A stretch of 64,000 nt of DNA from Chiloscyllium plagiosum (taxonomy: Eukaryota). The position numbers and the translations under genes are program-made. Shown here piece by piece: positions 37,700-50,660 of the stretch. The notes under the pieces were generated by a model. That model ran no database searches. It saw only the letters and a list, made by a program, of their open reading frames with translations, and was not told the origin of the DNA. The first letter of the stretch is position 1. Every line of letters starts with the position of its first letter. Where the stretch lies: positions 44,020,569 to 44,084,568 of the forward strand of contig NC_057728.1 in the NCBI RefSeq assembly GCF_004010195.1, written 5' to 3'.

Positions 37700-37864
37700 T
37701 TCCCAACGCCCTTCCCCCAAGTCCGTCCTCCCTACCTTTTATCTTAGCCTGCTTGGCACACCCTCCTCATTCCTGAAGAAGGGCTTATGCCCGAAACGTC
37801 GATTCTCCTTCTCCTTTGATGCTGCCTGACCTGCTGCGCTTTTCCAGCAACACATTTTTAAGCT
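37700..37864 (+). mobile_element. PLE terminal fragment with an intact hammerhead core
   Basis: Same family as 11794, 18171, 40564 and 42670. Confidence 0.75.
37769..37804 (+). ncRNA. Minimal type-I hammerhead ribozyme motif, core intact
   Basis: attc-CTGAAGA-A-GGGC-ttat-GCCC-GAAA-CGTC-gatt; palindromic ACGT helix III and GUC cleavage triplet. Confidence 0.75.
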
Positions 37865-38529
37865 ATTATACATGTCTGCCGAGACGAGTACAGGAGGCCT
37901 GTTTCTCCTACCTGTGCTACTTAGAATCATCCAACACAATAGGTGCATTAGTATTAACTCATTTTTTAGTCATTATTCTGCACCTCTGTGTCTCTGCTTT
38001 GTGCCACTCCGGACAGCTTGGCTGGATTGAGAAATCCTTACATAAACATTCACAAAATAAATTTCATATGTTTCGATTCTGTGGTGCAACATGTCAGTGT
38101 GCTAATGCAGTGTGGCACCAGGCTAGTTACTTGATTACTTTCTTGAACTAAACAGTTGAATTGATTTGATAATTTAATATGGACCATTGAGCTAACTTCA
38201 TACACAAAATAAAGAAAGTACAGACTATAGTAGGATTAAAAAAATTTCAAAATTACAGAATCAAAATTCTACCTCTAATTTAACACCTTAGACTGATTAA
38301 TTATACAATGATTAATAGAGAAAGCTAAATATTCAGTAAGCTCAATAACCAAAGATATATCTTTTTTGTCTCACTCCAGCTAGGTATTGTTTGACTTTTG
38401 GGACTTTAAATTTATCACCGATTCTGCCACTCATGCAGTCATTTGGAGACCTTTACGTTAGGCGTGTGGCACACTTTAGTGCTTAGCTTTATGTTTAGCA
38501 GCTACATCATCTATTAGTTTAAGTGACAT

Positions 38530-38960
38530 TATCATGGCAGACAGTCGTCGTCAACAATTACTCGCTAATGAGTATAATTGACGACCTAACAAATTCCATA
38601 TCACTGGTCATGGGTTCTGTGAGCATGAGCCTGATGCTAGAGCTGCAGCTCTGACAAAAGCTTTGGTAGGTATCTCCAAAACGTGAATGTGGTCCTTGGC
38701 CTTAAGAGCATTGGCATTCCTTTCTCCGGTTCCTTTTCCATACTTCCTCTTGCTCACAGATGTTCTTGAAGAATTGTGTCCCTTTGTAGAGGAGTCTCCT
38801 CTAAGTCAGTTTCTTTTGAATGAGGGTCTCCCATTCATCGACATCTATGTTGCAATTCTTGAGGGACACTTTCAGGGAGGTAATTCCTTTGTCCTCATCT
38901 CATTTGAATACATTCCTTAAGTTAGGTGAAGAAGATTTGCTTTGGCAGTTGGAATTCAAA
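38530..38960 (-). mobile_element. RTE-clade LINE 3' end
   Basis: Reverse complement reads LKVSLKNCNIDVDEWETL..K..*RRLL..G..FF, typical of the RTE ORF C-terminus. Confidence 0.7.
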
Positions 38961-40563
38961 CATCCTAAGAGTGTGGCTGGCCTAGAGTTGGTTTCAGATG
39001 ATCATGGCCTCCACTAGTGTTATTAGCTATTCCAAGGATGCTGAGGTTAGTACACCTGTCCTCCCAGCTCTCAAAGTCTTAAAGGGTTTCTGCTTCAACC
39101 TAAAATTAAGGTTAATTATGCTGAGATTTTTGTTTTGTTATTGCACCGTTGCATCTGTGCAATTTGTTTTGTCCCATTCATGAGGAATTTGTCTTGCACT
39201 ATCATCTGACTTCAATATTTCTGCATATAAGCATCCTTAATCTAGGATTGCGGCACCATAAGTACAATTAGATTAATATTGTTTCTCTAGTAGTAATGGA
39301 ACTTTGGACTTACTGTACTTTTACTAATCACATAAAATATTAATAGTATCTTATTAAAAGGCCACAAAATCAAATTTTGCAATAGCTAAATCTATGTAAT
39401 GACATTATAACATGTTGCAACCAAGTTTTTAAATAATTATTATTGTTAGTGTCTTGTATGTGAAATACATACATGAAGTCTGCATTCTAATTGTTTCCAT
39501 GGAAAGTACTCATCATAGCATTAAGACTATTATTCCATATGGTGTCTAGACAGTAATTGCATAAAGTCCTTCGTGATTTTCTTTCCCCCCATTTTAGACA
39601 CAGCATTTTGGATATTCTGTATTGCTTTTGGAAGTTCTCTCAAAGAAATGATCAGAAAACCTATGTTCTTCCTACATACCCTTGATTAGAGCTTAATGCT
39701 GCAACTACCACAATGACGATATTTGGTCATTTAAGTTGGGAATTGATATGCTGGAGGAAACATATACTCTTATGGTTTTGGAGGTTGATTTATTTTCAAA
39801 TGCATTTCTGTACAGGCAGAGGGGGTTGCAAATTATGGGTATCATTTTGCATAAAAATATAAGTTAGACTTGTGTGTTTTATGAAAATTTTTGTATAATT
39901 TTGAACAAAGCTGTCAAAACAGATCTGTTCACTTCTTTACAGTCAGGTCCTGCTGATGCCACAATCAAAAGTAAATCAGGCTTCTTACCAAATCAACTGA
40001 TTGCACTGATTCTTTAAAGAACACCATTTCCTCAAACCCACCGTCTGCAGATTGGAAAGCTTGTGGTTTTACAAAACACTAGGGTTGGTCTTCGTTTGAA
40101 ATTTCGAGCAGGCTGCTGATAGTATCATGACTTTTTTTTAAATCAAGAAAGTGCATGTACACTCACTGCATTAAAATAGAATATCTGAACACTATGAGAT
40201 GAATCGCTTTGGGAGGATGTTTGCAAAACAAAAATATTGTTTAATTCCAAATCTGGGTCAATTCAAGTTAACTTTCTCCTCACACGCCATAAAGGCCAAC
40301 TGCCTTTGGGACAGTGACTTAAAAACCTTGGTGTTCATTATATATTCTTTGATTTTCAGATACTGAGGCTAGTGATTATTGTTTATGGCATTAGCATTAA
40401 ATATTTCTATTATGTTATTTCCCATGCTATTTTTATGCAGATATTAGCCTGTTAAGATGAAATAACTCAGTGTCTCTCTTTAAAATAACAAAGGTAAAAG
40501 ATATATAAATTAAAGATCTAAAGTATGTATTCACTATTATTACTGATGGTAATATCCACTCAT

Positions 40564-40721
40564 GGAGAAAGTGAGGTCTGCAGATGCTGGAGATCAAAGT
40601 TGAAACTTTATTGCTGGAACAGCACAGCAGGCCCTGAAGGGCCTGTGCCCGAAACGTCGAATCTCCTGTTCCCTGGATGCTGCCTGACCTGCTGTGCTGT
40701 TCCAGCAATAAAGTTTCAACT
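40564..40721. mobile_element. Short fold-back PLE-derived insertion with 14-bp TSD
   Basis: TAATATCCACTCAT at 40550-40563 and 40721-40734; perfect 34-bp inverted arms 40598-40631 and 40688-40721; partial hammerhead GGGC-ctgt-GCCC-GAAA-CGTC. Confidence 0.85.
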
Positions 40722-41434
40722 AATATCCACTCATAACTATGTAAAGAAGCATTGAATAAAGTGGTTGCTCAACTCATCAGACAAGTTTCTTCTGTAGATA
40801 ATCTAAACCTATTCTAAAATGGAATCTACACGATCCATCAAAACCACTCAGTTAAACACTTTACTACATCTGTCAAACGACTTTAATGAGATTTGAGCTG
40901 ATTACTGAGGTGATTCTCAGGTCTCTGTTAAATATTATTGTGCTTTGGTTCTTCATTACAATGCATCATCATCTGTTCTGCTGATTAACATCTCAGACCT
41001 AAGAATATTGTGATTTTTAAAAAGGAATTCATTACTTTCGATAATTTATTATAACTGTATTTCACTTTCTAAGTTTGGAGTTATCCTTTAAAAACTCAAT
41101 TTGCTCTACTCGTTTATGCAAGTACTTCTCCAAGAATTTTTTTTTAATCTTCAAGAAGTTTGAGCTCTGTTAGCAGGAGGCTAAGTCCAATTTTCACCAC
41201 TGTACATGCTATTTTGAGAAGGTTTGCTTAGTCTAATTTTGTTTTATAAAGCACAAAATCATTCGGACAAATTAAATTCTGATGGAGTCCACCAAGCTAA
41301 GAGAAGGCCTTTAAGAGAATTCTTCCCAGTTCCAAGGTTATTTTACAATAAAATAGTGGCTCGATGGCATTATTAACAAAGCTCTTCAATAGGATTGAAT
41401 TGAATCTTTAGGAACCATTGTTCTGGTGCTTGAA

Positions 41435-41655
41435 CAAAAACAGAAAATAGAAATTGCTGGAAAGCTCAGCAGGTCTGGCAGCATCTGTGGAGAGAAATCA
41501 GAATTAATGTTTTGGGTTGATTGACCCTTCTGCTTCACATCAGCCATTCAAATGTTTACTCGATTTACTTTACAGTGCTTTCAACACTAGAACACTAAAT
41601 AAAAGAAAGCATAGTACTGCAGAAGTTGAGTTTTTCCAGCAATTTCTATTTTTGA
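41435..41655. mobile_element. PLE terminal fragment
   Basis: 'aaattgctggaaagctcagcaggtctggcagcatctgtggagagaaatcag' motif with a truncated hammerhead stem II. Confidence 0.6.
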
Positions 41656-42509
41656 TGTTGATTGAAGTCTGCATTGCCTGAGTTACGTCTACCTGATCAT
41701 TTTAAGCCATTTTCATTGGACTTGATACATGCACTGCGAAAAACAAATAGCCCAGAGTATGTCCATCCCCATGATTGATTTATATAGCGCCTTTTGTCTA
41801 AGAAAGTCTTCTGTACCTTACAGAGGAGAGAATGCACTTAGCTGTGGCAGAACTGTTAGGAGACTTGACCAATAACAAGTTTAAAAAGATAGGTTTTGAT
41901 AACGCTACTAAAGTGAGACAAAAATATAATTGAAGCAAAGTTACATGAGTGGCCATTCACCCATTTGAACATCCTTTACGTACAAGGTCTGATCTATAAC
42001 TCAACTTTATTTTATTTCTATTGCACCATACCCCTTGATAGCCTTATTGAAATACATCCATTGAACTCAATATTGATCATTTTGACAAGTTCACTGATCA
42101 TATTCGTTTTAATGAAGAGAATTTCAGATTTTCATTACCCTCTGGGTGAAAAAAGTGCTTCCTCATTTGACTGCTGAGTAGCTAACCTAAATTTGAAGAC
42201 TATTGCCCTTTGCCCTAGTGCACACTCTCTCACCAGAGATACTGAGAAATTGTGACTATTTCATTTCAAACACCATAATTAGATCACCGCTTATAAATTC
42301 ACAAAAATACAAATTAACTTGATGCAATCTAACCTCATAACCTCTTTAAGCCTTTCTAACAGTCAAATTAATTTCTGCTGTGCTCCCTTGAAAAGGCAAA
42401 TTATCTTTCCTGCAATTCACTGCCCAACACTAAATGTAATACTCGACATGCGACTTGATCAGAACCAAAGCAAAAGGATTTGTTATAAATAAAATAAAGA
42501 ACTGCATTT

Positions 42510-42900
42510 GAACTAAAAACAGAAATTGTTGGAGAAACTCAGTGGGTCTGATTGCATCTGTGGAGAGAAAGTAGAGTTAATGTTTTGAGTCCAAGTAACA
42601 GAATCTGAATCAGTTCTACAGAAAGGTCACTGGACTCAAAATGTTAATTCTGTTTCCTCCTCACAGGTGCAGAATCGAAAACTGTTGTGCTGGAAAAGCA
42701 CAGCAAGTCAGGCAGCATCTGAGGAGCAGGAGAATCGATGTGTCAGGCATAAGCCCTTCATCAGGATGCTGCCTGACCTGCTGTGCTTTTCCAGTGCCAC
42801 ACTTTTCGACTCTGATCTCCAGCATCTGCTGTCTTCACTTTCTCCTCTTCACAGATGCAGCCAGACCTATTGAGTATCTCCAGCAATTTCAGTGCTATTT
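42510..42900. mobile_element. Nested fold-back PLE-derived elements (inner ~42670-42846)
   Basis: Outer element of the GGGTC/GACCC family; inner element of the GGGC/GCCC family with inverted arms and reverse-complement CTGATGA-A-GGGC-ttat-GCCT-GACA. Confidence 0.7.
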
Positions 42901-43479
42901 CAAAAGTATTTGAGGAGAAGTTTCAGAGAATAGGATAAGATGATTGAAATTTTTTCTCGTTGATGGGCGGAGCAAGAAGGGTGGAGAGAGGGGGAGAATG
43001 ACGGAGCAGGGACATAGATCCAACAGGGCATCAAATTTGAAAATCTGCCAGTTTAGCTGGAATGTAGGGATAAAGGAGTTTGTAAAGATAGGAAGACATG
43101 TTTGGCAGCTTGGACAAAACATTGATTTCTGTGTCTAATTATGTAAAGAATGTTGCATTTTAAAACTTGTGTGGTTTCTATTAAATACTGTACCATCCTG
43201 GGGCAAAATTGTGAATTGTGGGCACACAACCCTATTCCCTCATGAAAAGTTCTATACAGGGACCAATGTGCTGCACTCACGCATGCAGCTGTTCTGTGCC
43301 TGTGTTTGACCAAGACTAGCAGCTGGCTTTTGGATGGTGTGCTACCCCCTGCCATCTCCATGCCCTATGGGCATATTGCAAATCATCTGGATTGAAAAAT
43401 AATTTCAGACAATCTGAATCATAAGCCTGCTTAATGATGCTCAGTAGGAAATAAAGCCTTGAAAGATTGTTAAAGAAGT

Positions 43480-44170
43480 CTGGAAATCATTATTAGCCAA
43501 TCAAGCAACAGTAGTTATTTCTTATTAGAGAATAATAGTGGCTAACATAAAAAAAGGAACTCAGAAACATTTTAAAGATGTATACGTAGTCACAGAAAGG
43601 GTGGGGCTAAAGACGGTGCAAAGACATCAGCTGCAAAGGCAGAACGGTTGAGATGCTAAATAATTACTTTGTATTTATCTTCACGAGAAATGAAGATGTT
43701 AGTAATGTCGCTGTAAAAGAGGAAATGGTAGTGGAACTGCATAGAATAAAACAAATTAAGAAGATGTATTGTCACTTTTCAATGTAGAACTTCTCTAGAT
43801 GGGATGCATCTAAGGCTGTTGTGGGAAGTAAGAATGGGAATTGTGACTTGCAGGCTTCCAATCCTGCTTGGATAATGCAGTGGTGTTGCAGGATTGGAGA
43901 ATTGCAAACATTATGTCCCTGTTGGAAAAAGAGGAAAACAGTTAAGGGACATAACTGCATGTAAGTCAAGCATTAACATTAGAACAGCAATCCGTTGCAT
44001 AATGAATTAACAGTTGGACATACGTGGGCTTAGTAAAAACAACTAATATTTGACTAACTGATTAAGTTCTTCTGTAAAATAGAGAGTTGATGAGGGCAGT
44101 CTTTGTGGAAGTTTCAAAGTCATTTGACAAGGAATGACATAATGCACTTCTTAACAAAATTTTAGCCCAT
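43480..44170 (+). mobile_element. Degenerate CR1 ORF2/RT fragment
   Basis: AE..EMLNNYF..IFT..; DWRIANI.P..KK..; F.K.FDK..H..LL.K..AHG. Confidence 0.7.
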
Positions 44171-44340
44171 GGGTGGAATTTTCTCGTCCTGGAGGTGGTG
44201 AGCCTGAGGTGGGCTGGAAACCTAGTTAGATGAGATGGTGGTATCTCAGAATCTCACCATCTTCCTGCCTTTATTAGACATTAGGGTCAAGGTGGACCTT
44301 CCCACCCCAAAGCCAAGTGAGCCCCTTTAGTGGTCAAAAT

Positions 44341-45638
44341 AAATTGAATTGAATTGAATTTATTGTCACGTGTACCGAGGCACAGTGAAAAGCTTTGTCT
44401 TGCAAGCAATACGGGCATATCACTTAGTTAAGTAGCATAGATAAGTAAATAATAAGTAAACAGCGGCAAAAACAAAAACACAGGTAAAGGCGTATGTTAA
44501 GAGTTTGTGAGTCCAATCAGTATTCTCACAACAGTAGGATAGAAACTGTTTTAAACCAACTGGTGCGTGTGTTCAGGCTTCTCCCTGATGGTAGAGGTTG
44601 TAGAAAAACATTGCCAGGATGGGATGGATCTTTGAGAATGCTGGCGGCCTTTCCTTGACGGCGGGCCTGGTAGATGGATTCTATAGATGGGAGGTTGGCC
44701 TTTGTGATTGTCTGGGCGGAGTTCACCACTCGCTGTAACCGTCTCCAAACTTGAATTGTACTTTTGCCATACCAGGTAGTGATACATCCAGACAGAATGC
44801 TCTCGATGGTGCACCTGTAAAAGTTAGCAAGGGTATTTGCCATCATGCCAAATTTCCTCAGCTGCCTGAAGAAGAAGAGATGTTGTTGGGCCTTTGTAAC
44901 CAGTGTGTCCACATGAAGAGTCCAAGAAAGCTTATTGCTGATAACCACTCCCAGAACTTGACACTCTCCATTCGTTCCATCTCTATGCTGTTAATGTGTA
45001 GGGGGGCATGAATAACGTCCCGCCGAAAGTCAATAATGAGTTCCTTGGCTTTGCCGGCATTGAGAGCTAGGTTGTTCTCAGTGCATCATTTTTCCAGGTC
45101 TTCCACCTCCTGTCTGTAGTTTGTTTCGTTGCCATCTGAGATTTCATCAACTATGGAGCTCTATTTTGGTCCAAACTATAGTCTCAATTATGGATCGGTA
45201 TTGGTCCTTAGCCATCTTAAAGGCTCTATGAAGGTCCTTGGATTCCTTATATTTGAGTGGGTCTCCTGATCTGAAGGCCTCAAGCCTGGTTTTGAGCAGG
45301 TTCTGTATGTCCTGATTCATCCAGGGTTTCCTGCTGGGGAACACCCAGATAGACTTCCTTGGTATGCAGTCCTCCATATACTTGCTGATAAAGTCTGTGA
45401 TGGTGGTGGCATACTCAACCAAGGTACCTGTGGACTGTTTGAACATGGCCCAGTCAGCTGATTCCAGACAGAACCGGAGTTGATCCTCTGCCTTATTCGA
45501 CCAGCACTGGACCTGTATCCACGAGGGGGTCTCCTGCTTGAGCTTTTGCCTGTAGAAGAAACACGGCATTGTTCCAAAATGAGGGCGGGGGATGGAGCAG
45601 TAGGCATCTTTCACAGTGGTGTAGCAGTGGTCTAAAAT
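44341..45638 (-). mobile_element. Rex1/Babar-clade LINE, 5'-truncated and internally deleted
   Basis: LDHCYTT..DAY.S.PRPHFG..KPWMN, then LSW..H...V.KAQQ.LFF.R.LRKF..L.NFYRCTIESIL..CIT.WYG..LQRVV..A..I..DPSHP..LPSGR; (CAATT)n tail. Confidence 0.88.
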
Positions 45639-46019
45639 GTAAATAATATTCAGTGAAGGATGAGAACATGTCAGCCCACCTGGCTGGTAAGCCAGTGTAG
45701 CTGAGCTATCAATTTTGGGGCTGGCTCCTCAATCTGCATGAATCCATTCACACCATTGAGGGACTGGATGTAGGGCAGGGATGGTGGCTGCTTCATGCCA
45801 TTCCCCTGTCTTGACCTGCTACTCATTGATCTCCTTTTCCCACCTCACCTAACCCCAGAACCCCACTCCCAAACTAAAAGCATTTATCTGAAGACCTGAT
45901 TCCTGGGTTTTGGATGTCCTTCTGGCAGTAAGCATGACCCTCACAGGGATGCTGCTGAGTGTGAGATTTGCTGGCGTCAGATTGGCTGGCAGTTCTTGAT
46001 AGAGGGCATTTCCACTTCT

Positions 46020-46575
46020 GGGGTCTGTTCCCTGCTGCTATCTAAACTGTCTCACTGAAGGATGCTGTGGCGTACTTGCTGTAAAAATCAGGCCTTGCCA
46101 CCTTTTCAACAAATGCGTGATATACCCAATGACTCCATAAGATCCCAGCCCACAGAACTAAAGAGATTACTGCTGAACAATTGTCTAAGGAACAGAAAGC
46201 AGACTGGAGTTGAGAATGGTTGTTTCTCAGTCTGGAATAAGAATGCAGAAGTGTTCTTTGAGGATCAGTGTTTGAACCACAGTTTTTTTTGATCTCCATA
46301 ATGACCGGGATCCAGGCATACAAGACTTATATTTAAAGTTGGCAGATGACCTGGAATTCAGAAATATGTAAACATTGTCAAGGGTAGTCACTACATTCAG
46401 GAGCATATAGACTGGAGAAATGGGCACGTGGCAGATCAAATTGAATGCAGAATATAGGACAAATCCAGAAAGACTAAATGAATTGAGGACAAGAGAGACC
46501 TGGAACTCTGTGCACACAAATGTTTGAAGGTGGCAGAACAAGTTGCGAAGGCTGTTCCACAAAGAAACACATGGC
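46020..46575 (+). mobile_element. Degenerate CR1 RT fragment
   Basis: W..F.K..D.P..L..KI.AH..; G.VL.P..F..; FxDD-like 'aagttggcagatgac'. Confidence 0.6.
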
Positions 46576-46879
46576 TGAATCTTATGTTGCTTTGGCTCGG
46601 CTGCAGTTGTGTTGAGACTTTTTTGAGGATTGTTTGCTGCAAAACCTGATGCATTTTCTCATTGTAACTTACAAAACTAGCCTCATTAACCAGCTACCCT
46701 GAAATTATGGTATTCGGCTCATCTGATCTGTCCCCATTGTTTTGTACACCATTCCCTGAACAATTTGCTACCGTCAGAATATTCTGAAATCGACTGCCTT
46801 CCCTGGCACTAGAGCCATTTTTGAACCAGACAACCATTGGATAGAGCTGCACAGTACAAAACAATTGCGCTGGATCTGG

Positions 46880-47110
46880 GATACAAGGGGAATCTGGTGC
46901 CTCACATCGTAGGTAAGAAGATGGACTCCCTGCTGGATAGGGTGGTACACAACTGGGATGTACTCTTCCCTCAAAACTAGCAGGGGAGGTCATGGCACCA
47001 GGTCATGCCAACCTGGTTTAAGGTTGCCTGGGTAGGTGTTGTCTCATGTTGTCTGAAAGAAAGCTCAGCAATGTAGGAAGAAGCTTAAAGATCTCCTTGA
47101 CTCTGCTAGT
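46880..47110 (+). mobile_element. Harbinger-type Myb/SANT-like domain remnant
   Basis: MDSLLDRVVHNWDVLFP...W..VA...AQQCRKKLKDLLDSAS followed by a GTAAGT donor. Confidence 0.6.
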
Positions 47111-47347
47111 GTAAGTGCAGTCACCTTCTCTCTGATACCTCGCACTCAGCGTACCCACATGCCACCAAGGTTCATGCTCTACCAGTCTCAGTAATGCCAG
47201 CAACATCATCCCGTTCTGGCTCTCACCTACCCAACCCATGATGCCATTACCCTACATGACGTTTGTGTGGTCTCTCTGGACACCTTCCCACCAACAGGTA
47301 ACAGGTGTGCCACACACTTTAATTTCTCATAATACCTACTTCTCTTT

Positions 47348-47523
47348 TCCTCCCACAGTCCAAAGATGTGCAGGTCAGGTGAATTGGCCATGCCAAATTG
47401 CCCGTAGTGTTAAGTTAAAGGGGTAAATATAGGGGTATGGGTGGGTTGCGCTTCGGCGGGTCGGTGTGGACTTGTTGGGCCGAAGGGCCTGTTTCCACAC
47501 TGTAAGTAATCTAATCTAATCTA
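47348..47523 (+). mobile_element. 5'-truncated HE1-type SINE flanked by 66-bp direct repeats
   Basis: 3' half of HE1 with (TAATC)n tail; identical flanks at 47282-47347 and 47524-47589. Confidence 0.9.
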
Positions 47524-47869
47524 ACCTTCCCACCAACAGGTAACAGGTGTGCCACACACTTTAATTTCTCATAATACCTACTTCTCTTTCATTCCAATAG
47601 GAAACAGCCCAAAATAAGGCAGAAAGAGTTAAGCCCACCATTTGACTACTCACCATTCAGCTCCTTACCCCTTTTGTCAAGATCATTCTGACACTGACTG
47701 CCGTGAGTGGCTGACTGACAGTGTCCATACATCTGAACTGGTGTCAGAGGCTAGCCTTGACTTACTGTGCTGTGAATCTTTGAGCAAAGATTATCTCCCT
47801 TTACTTAACTAAGGCCTTCTAACAACCATGACAAGCTTTCTGGGAGTTTCTGTCATGTGCACAAACTGG

Positions 47870-48235
47870 AGATAATAGAGTTGTTCTCCTTGGAACGGAG
47901 AAGACAAAGAGCAAATTGGATAGAGGTATTAAGAATTATGAATTGAACTAATAGCACAAATCAGGAGAAAATGTTTCCAGTGGCAGAAGAGGAGGTAACC
48001 AGAGGATTTAAGATGATTGGCAAAAAAACACCAGCAAATGTGATAAAACAATATTTAAAGCAATTTTATTGTGATTTGAATTCATGGTCTGAAAAAATTG
48101 TGGAAACCGATTCAATAGTAACATTCAAAAGAGAGTTGGATAAGTACTTGAAATAAAATATTTGCATGACTATGGAGAAAGAACAGGGCATTTATTGTAG
48201 TGCTACCAAAAAGGTCAGCACAAACACAGTGGACT
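47870..48235 (+). mobile_element. Degenerate CR1 3' end
   Basis: LFSLERRR....IEV.RIM..FP......TRG..NS..EKIVE..SI.TFKRELDKYL. Confidence 0.75.
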
Positions 48236-48239
48236 AATG

Positions 48240-48550
48240 AAACAAAAACAGAAATGGCTGGAAATGCTCAGCAGGTCTGGCAGCATCTATGGAGAGAAAT
48301 CAGAGTTAATGTTTCGGGTCCAGTGACCCCTCCTCAGAACTGATGGTAGCTAGGAAAACTGAAAACAACAAATGCTGGAGATCACATCGAGTCAGACGGC
48401 ATCCATGGAGAGCGAGCAAGCTAACATTTGAAAGCATTGGTTTTTATGTAGAAGATAGAGTGGGGGGGAAGGAGTTAAGGAGTCAGTGATAGATGGAGAT
48501 AGGACCCAAGCAGAGAGCAGAACAGTTGAACTGACAGAGGAGTGGGGCAA
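48240..48550 (-). mobile_element. PLE terminal fragments with a hammerhead core
   Basis: 48304-48341 reverse complement: agtt-CTGAGGA-G-GGGTC-actg-GACCC-GAAA-catt-aact. Confidence 0.7.
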
Positions 48551-50149
48551 CACTTTTCATTTGAGGGATTGAGAAAAGCTATGGTGTCCAAAGACTGAAA
48601 TTTTGTCTAGGTTGCAGTGCAAGACTTGTGTTATTTTATTGTAGGGATAACTACAGGAATTGAGAGTCAGATAAAGCAGAACAAATATCGTATTCTTCAA
48701 AAATATAGCTCCTAAAATGAACCAAGTACATAAATAGAGCCATCAATGAACAGATTAATCTTATGGAGTGGCTAAAGACGGTACAGCTTTTATTTCTATT
48801 GAATACTGCTGCAAATTAATCTTTATTTCGGCTGCACAGCATAAATTGATTCAAACAAATGCAGTGCCTCATTCCTAGGTTGTCAGGTCAAGTTACTGCC
48901 TGAATCTTAATAAATTGGCATTGCATGTCTCTCTTTAAGCCGCAAGCGCAATCATCCTGGTCAACGAGAGAGAGAAAAAGAGAGTTGCATTGCATAAAAT
49001 ATGAATCTTCTACAGGATCAAATGAAAAGCACATAATAAAGCTTATTTTAACATGGTTGTGAATTACTTCCTGGTAATTCATTATTAAAGGTCATACATG
49101 CTGAGCGTAATATCCCAGTTGTCATATGCAGAAACATGCAGGACCCACATGCATATTTTCACAAAAACTGGGAGAAAAATGTTATTCTTCAAAAATCCCC
49201 AAATTCATGACTGAAACCATATATTTCAAATATGTAATTTCTGGAAAGGCAATTTTGATAGAGTCAAACTGTAAGTGGCAACCAAGCAGGCCAGAGTTTA
49301 ATTGTGATACTTAGTAATTCTTATGGTCAAATTACTTAACCATATAATATTAAAGTTTGGTATAGTGTTAAGCAGCTGAAGAAAATGTATGATACTGAGC
49401 AGATAAAAGACAATTTGGTAAATTGAGAGCAACATGTCAGGTTCAAAGAATAACAAGAATGACAGTATGTTTCAAATCTAGCCAGAGCTGTCTCTATCAC
49501 TTCAAGAAACTGGCAAATGGCCCAGAAGAAGGTCCCTGCTTCAATAAAAGCACAAAAGCAAGAAATGATGATTCTTGTAAAACAGTTCAAGCACAATATT
49601 TATGCAAATGAGGGAAGATTATAAAAGCTATAAATAAAAAAAACCTTGGCACAGTGTGGTATCTGCAAATGTCTGGCTGGTGAGGTTACTGGAAGTTTAA
49701 AAAAGCAGGATTGTTTTATATGCTGTATATCACGATCTTGATGGGAGTAAATAAGACACAATAGGAAGGAATTTCCATGAACCATGTGTCTTAATCCTTC
49801 ATTGTTCTTGTGGGTGGAATCTTACGGACGTCTGGTTGACATGGACTATGGTGAAACGTGTGACAGAAATCAGATTAGAAATCTGGTGAGGCCCACCTTA
49901 TTGTCAAGGTCATTTCACTCCATCCTTTCTCCTTTTTTGCAAGTGAAATAGCGAGACTCTTGCTAGGCAATGGTGAGATGATGCCAGTTGATGGGGGTTA
50001 ACACTTGTTAGCAGCTAGCATTGAAAGGCTGTAGAAGGGACACTGTGCACAGGACAGGCAGCCAGCTTGTAGAGTAGACAATGCTGTGCCTCAGGCATAT
50101 AAGCAAAATACTGCGGACATTGGATATCTGAAGCAAACACACTGATATG

Positions 50150-50390
50150 ACTTTTGTTTGGAACTGAAGAAAAGCCATACTGGACTGAAAACATTAGCTC
50201 TCTTTCTAGCTTCAAAGATGCTGTCAGTCCTAAGTTTCTCTACCCCTTGAATAAAGGCAAAATACTCCAGATGCTAGAAATCTGAAATCAATAAGAGAAT
50301 GATGGAGAAACTCAGCAGGTCTGGCAGCATTTGGGGTGAGAGAAACAGAGTTAACATTCTGAGTCTAGTATGACTCTTCTTCAGGACAGA
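50150..50390. mobile_element. PLE terminal fragments with a decayed hammerhead
   Basis: 50350-50386 reverse complement: CTGAAGA-A-GAGTC-atacta-GACTC-AGAA-tgtt. Confidence 0.55.
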
Positions 50391-50509
50391 AACTAAGAAT
50401 TCTTACGGGAATAATCCTCACTAAGTCCATAAAGGCAGCCAGAAGTCAGTAAGTCAAGGGCAGCCTCTGGTATGACTCCAGGGGATTGGCCACAGTCAAT
50501 CCCCTGGAT

Positions 50510-50660
50510 CCTGGTTCATTTACGCCCTTTAGAGAAGGAAACTGTAATCCTTACCTAGTCTGGCCTACATGTGACTCCAAACCCACAGCAATGTGGTTGT
50601 CTCTTAACTGCCTTCTTGGCAATTAGGGATGGTCAACAAATGCTGCAAAGCCTCTGCCGG
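50510..50660 (+). mobile_element. 3' fragment of the SINE family at 26790-27127
   Basis: 'tctggcctacatgtgactccaaacccacagcaatgtggttg...ggcaattagggatgg'. Confidence 0.7.
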
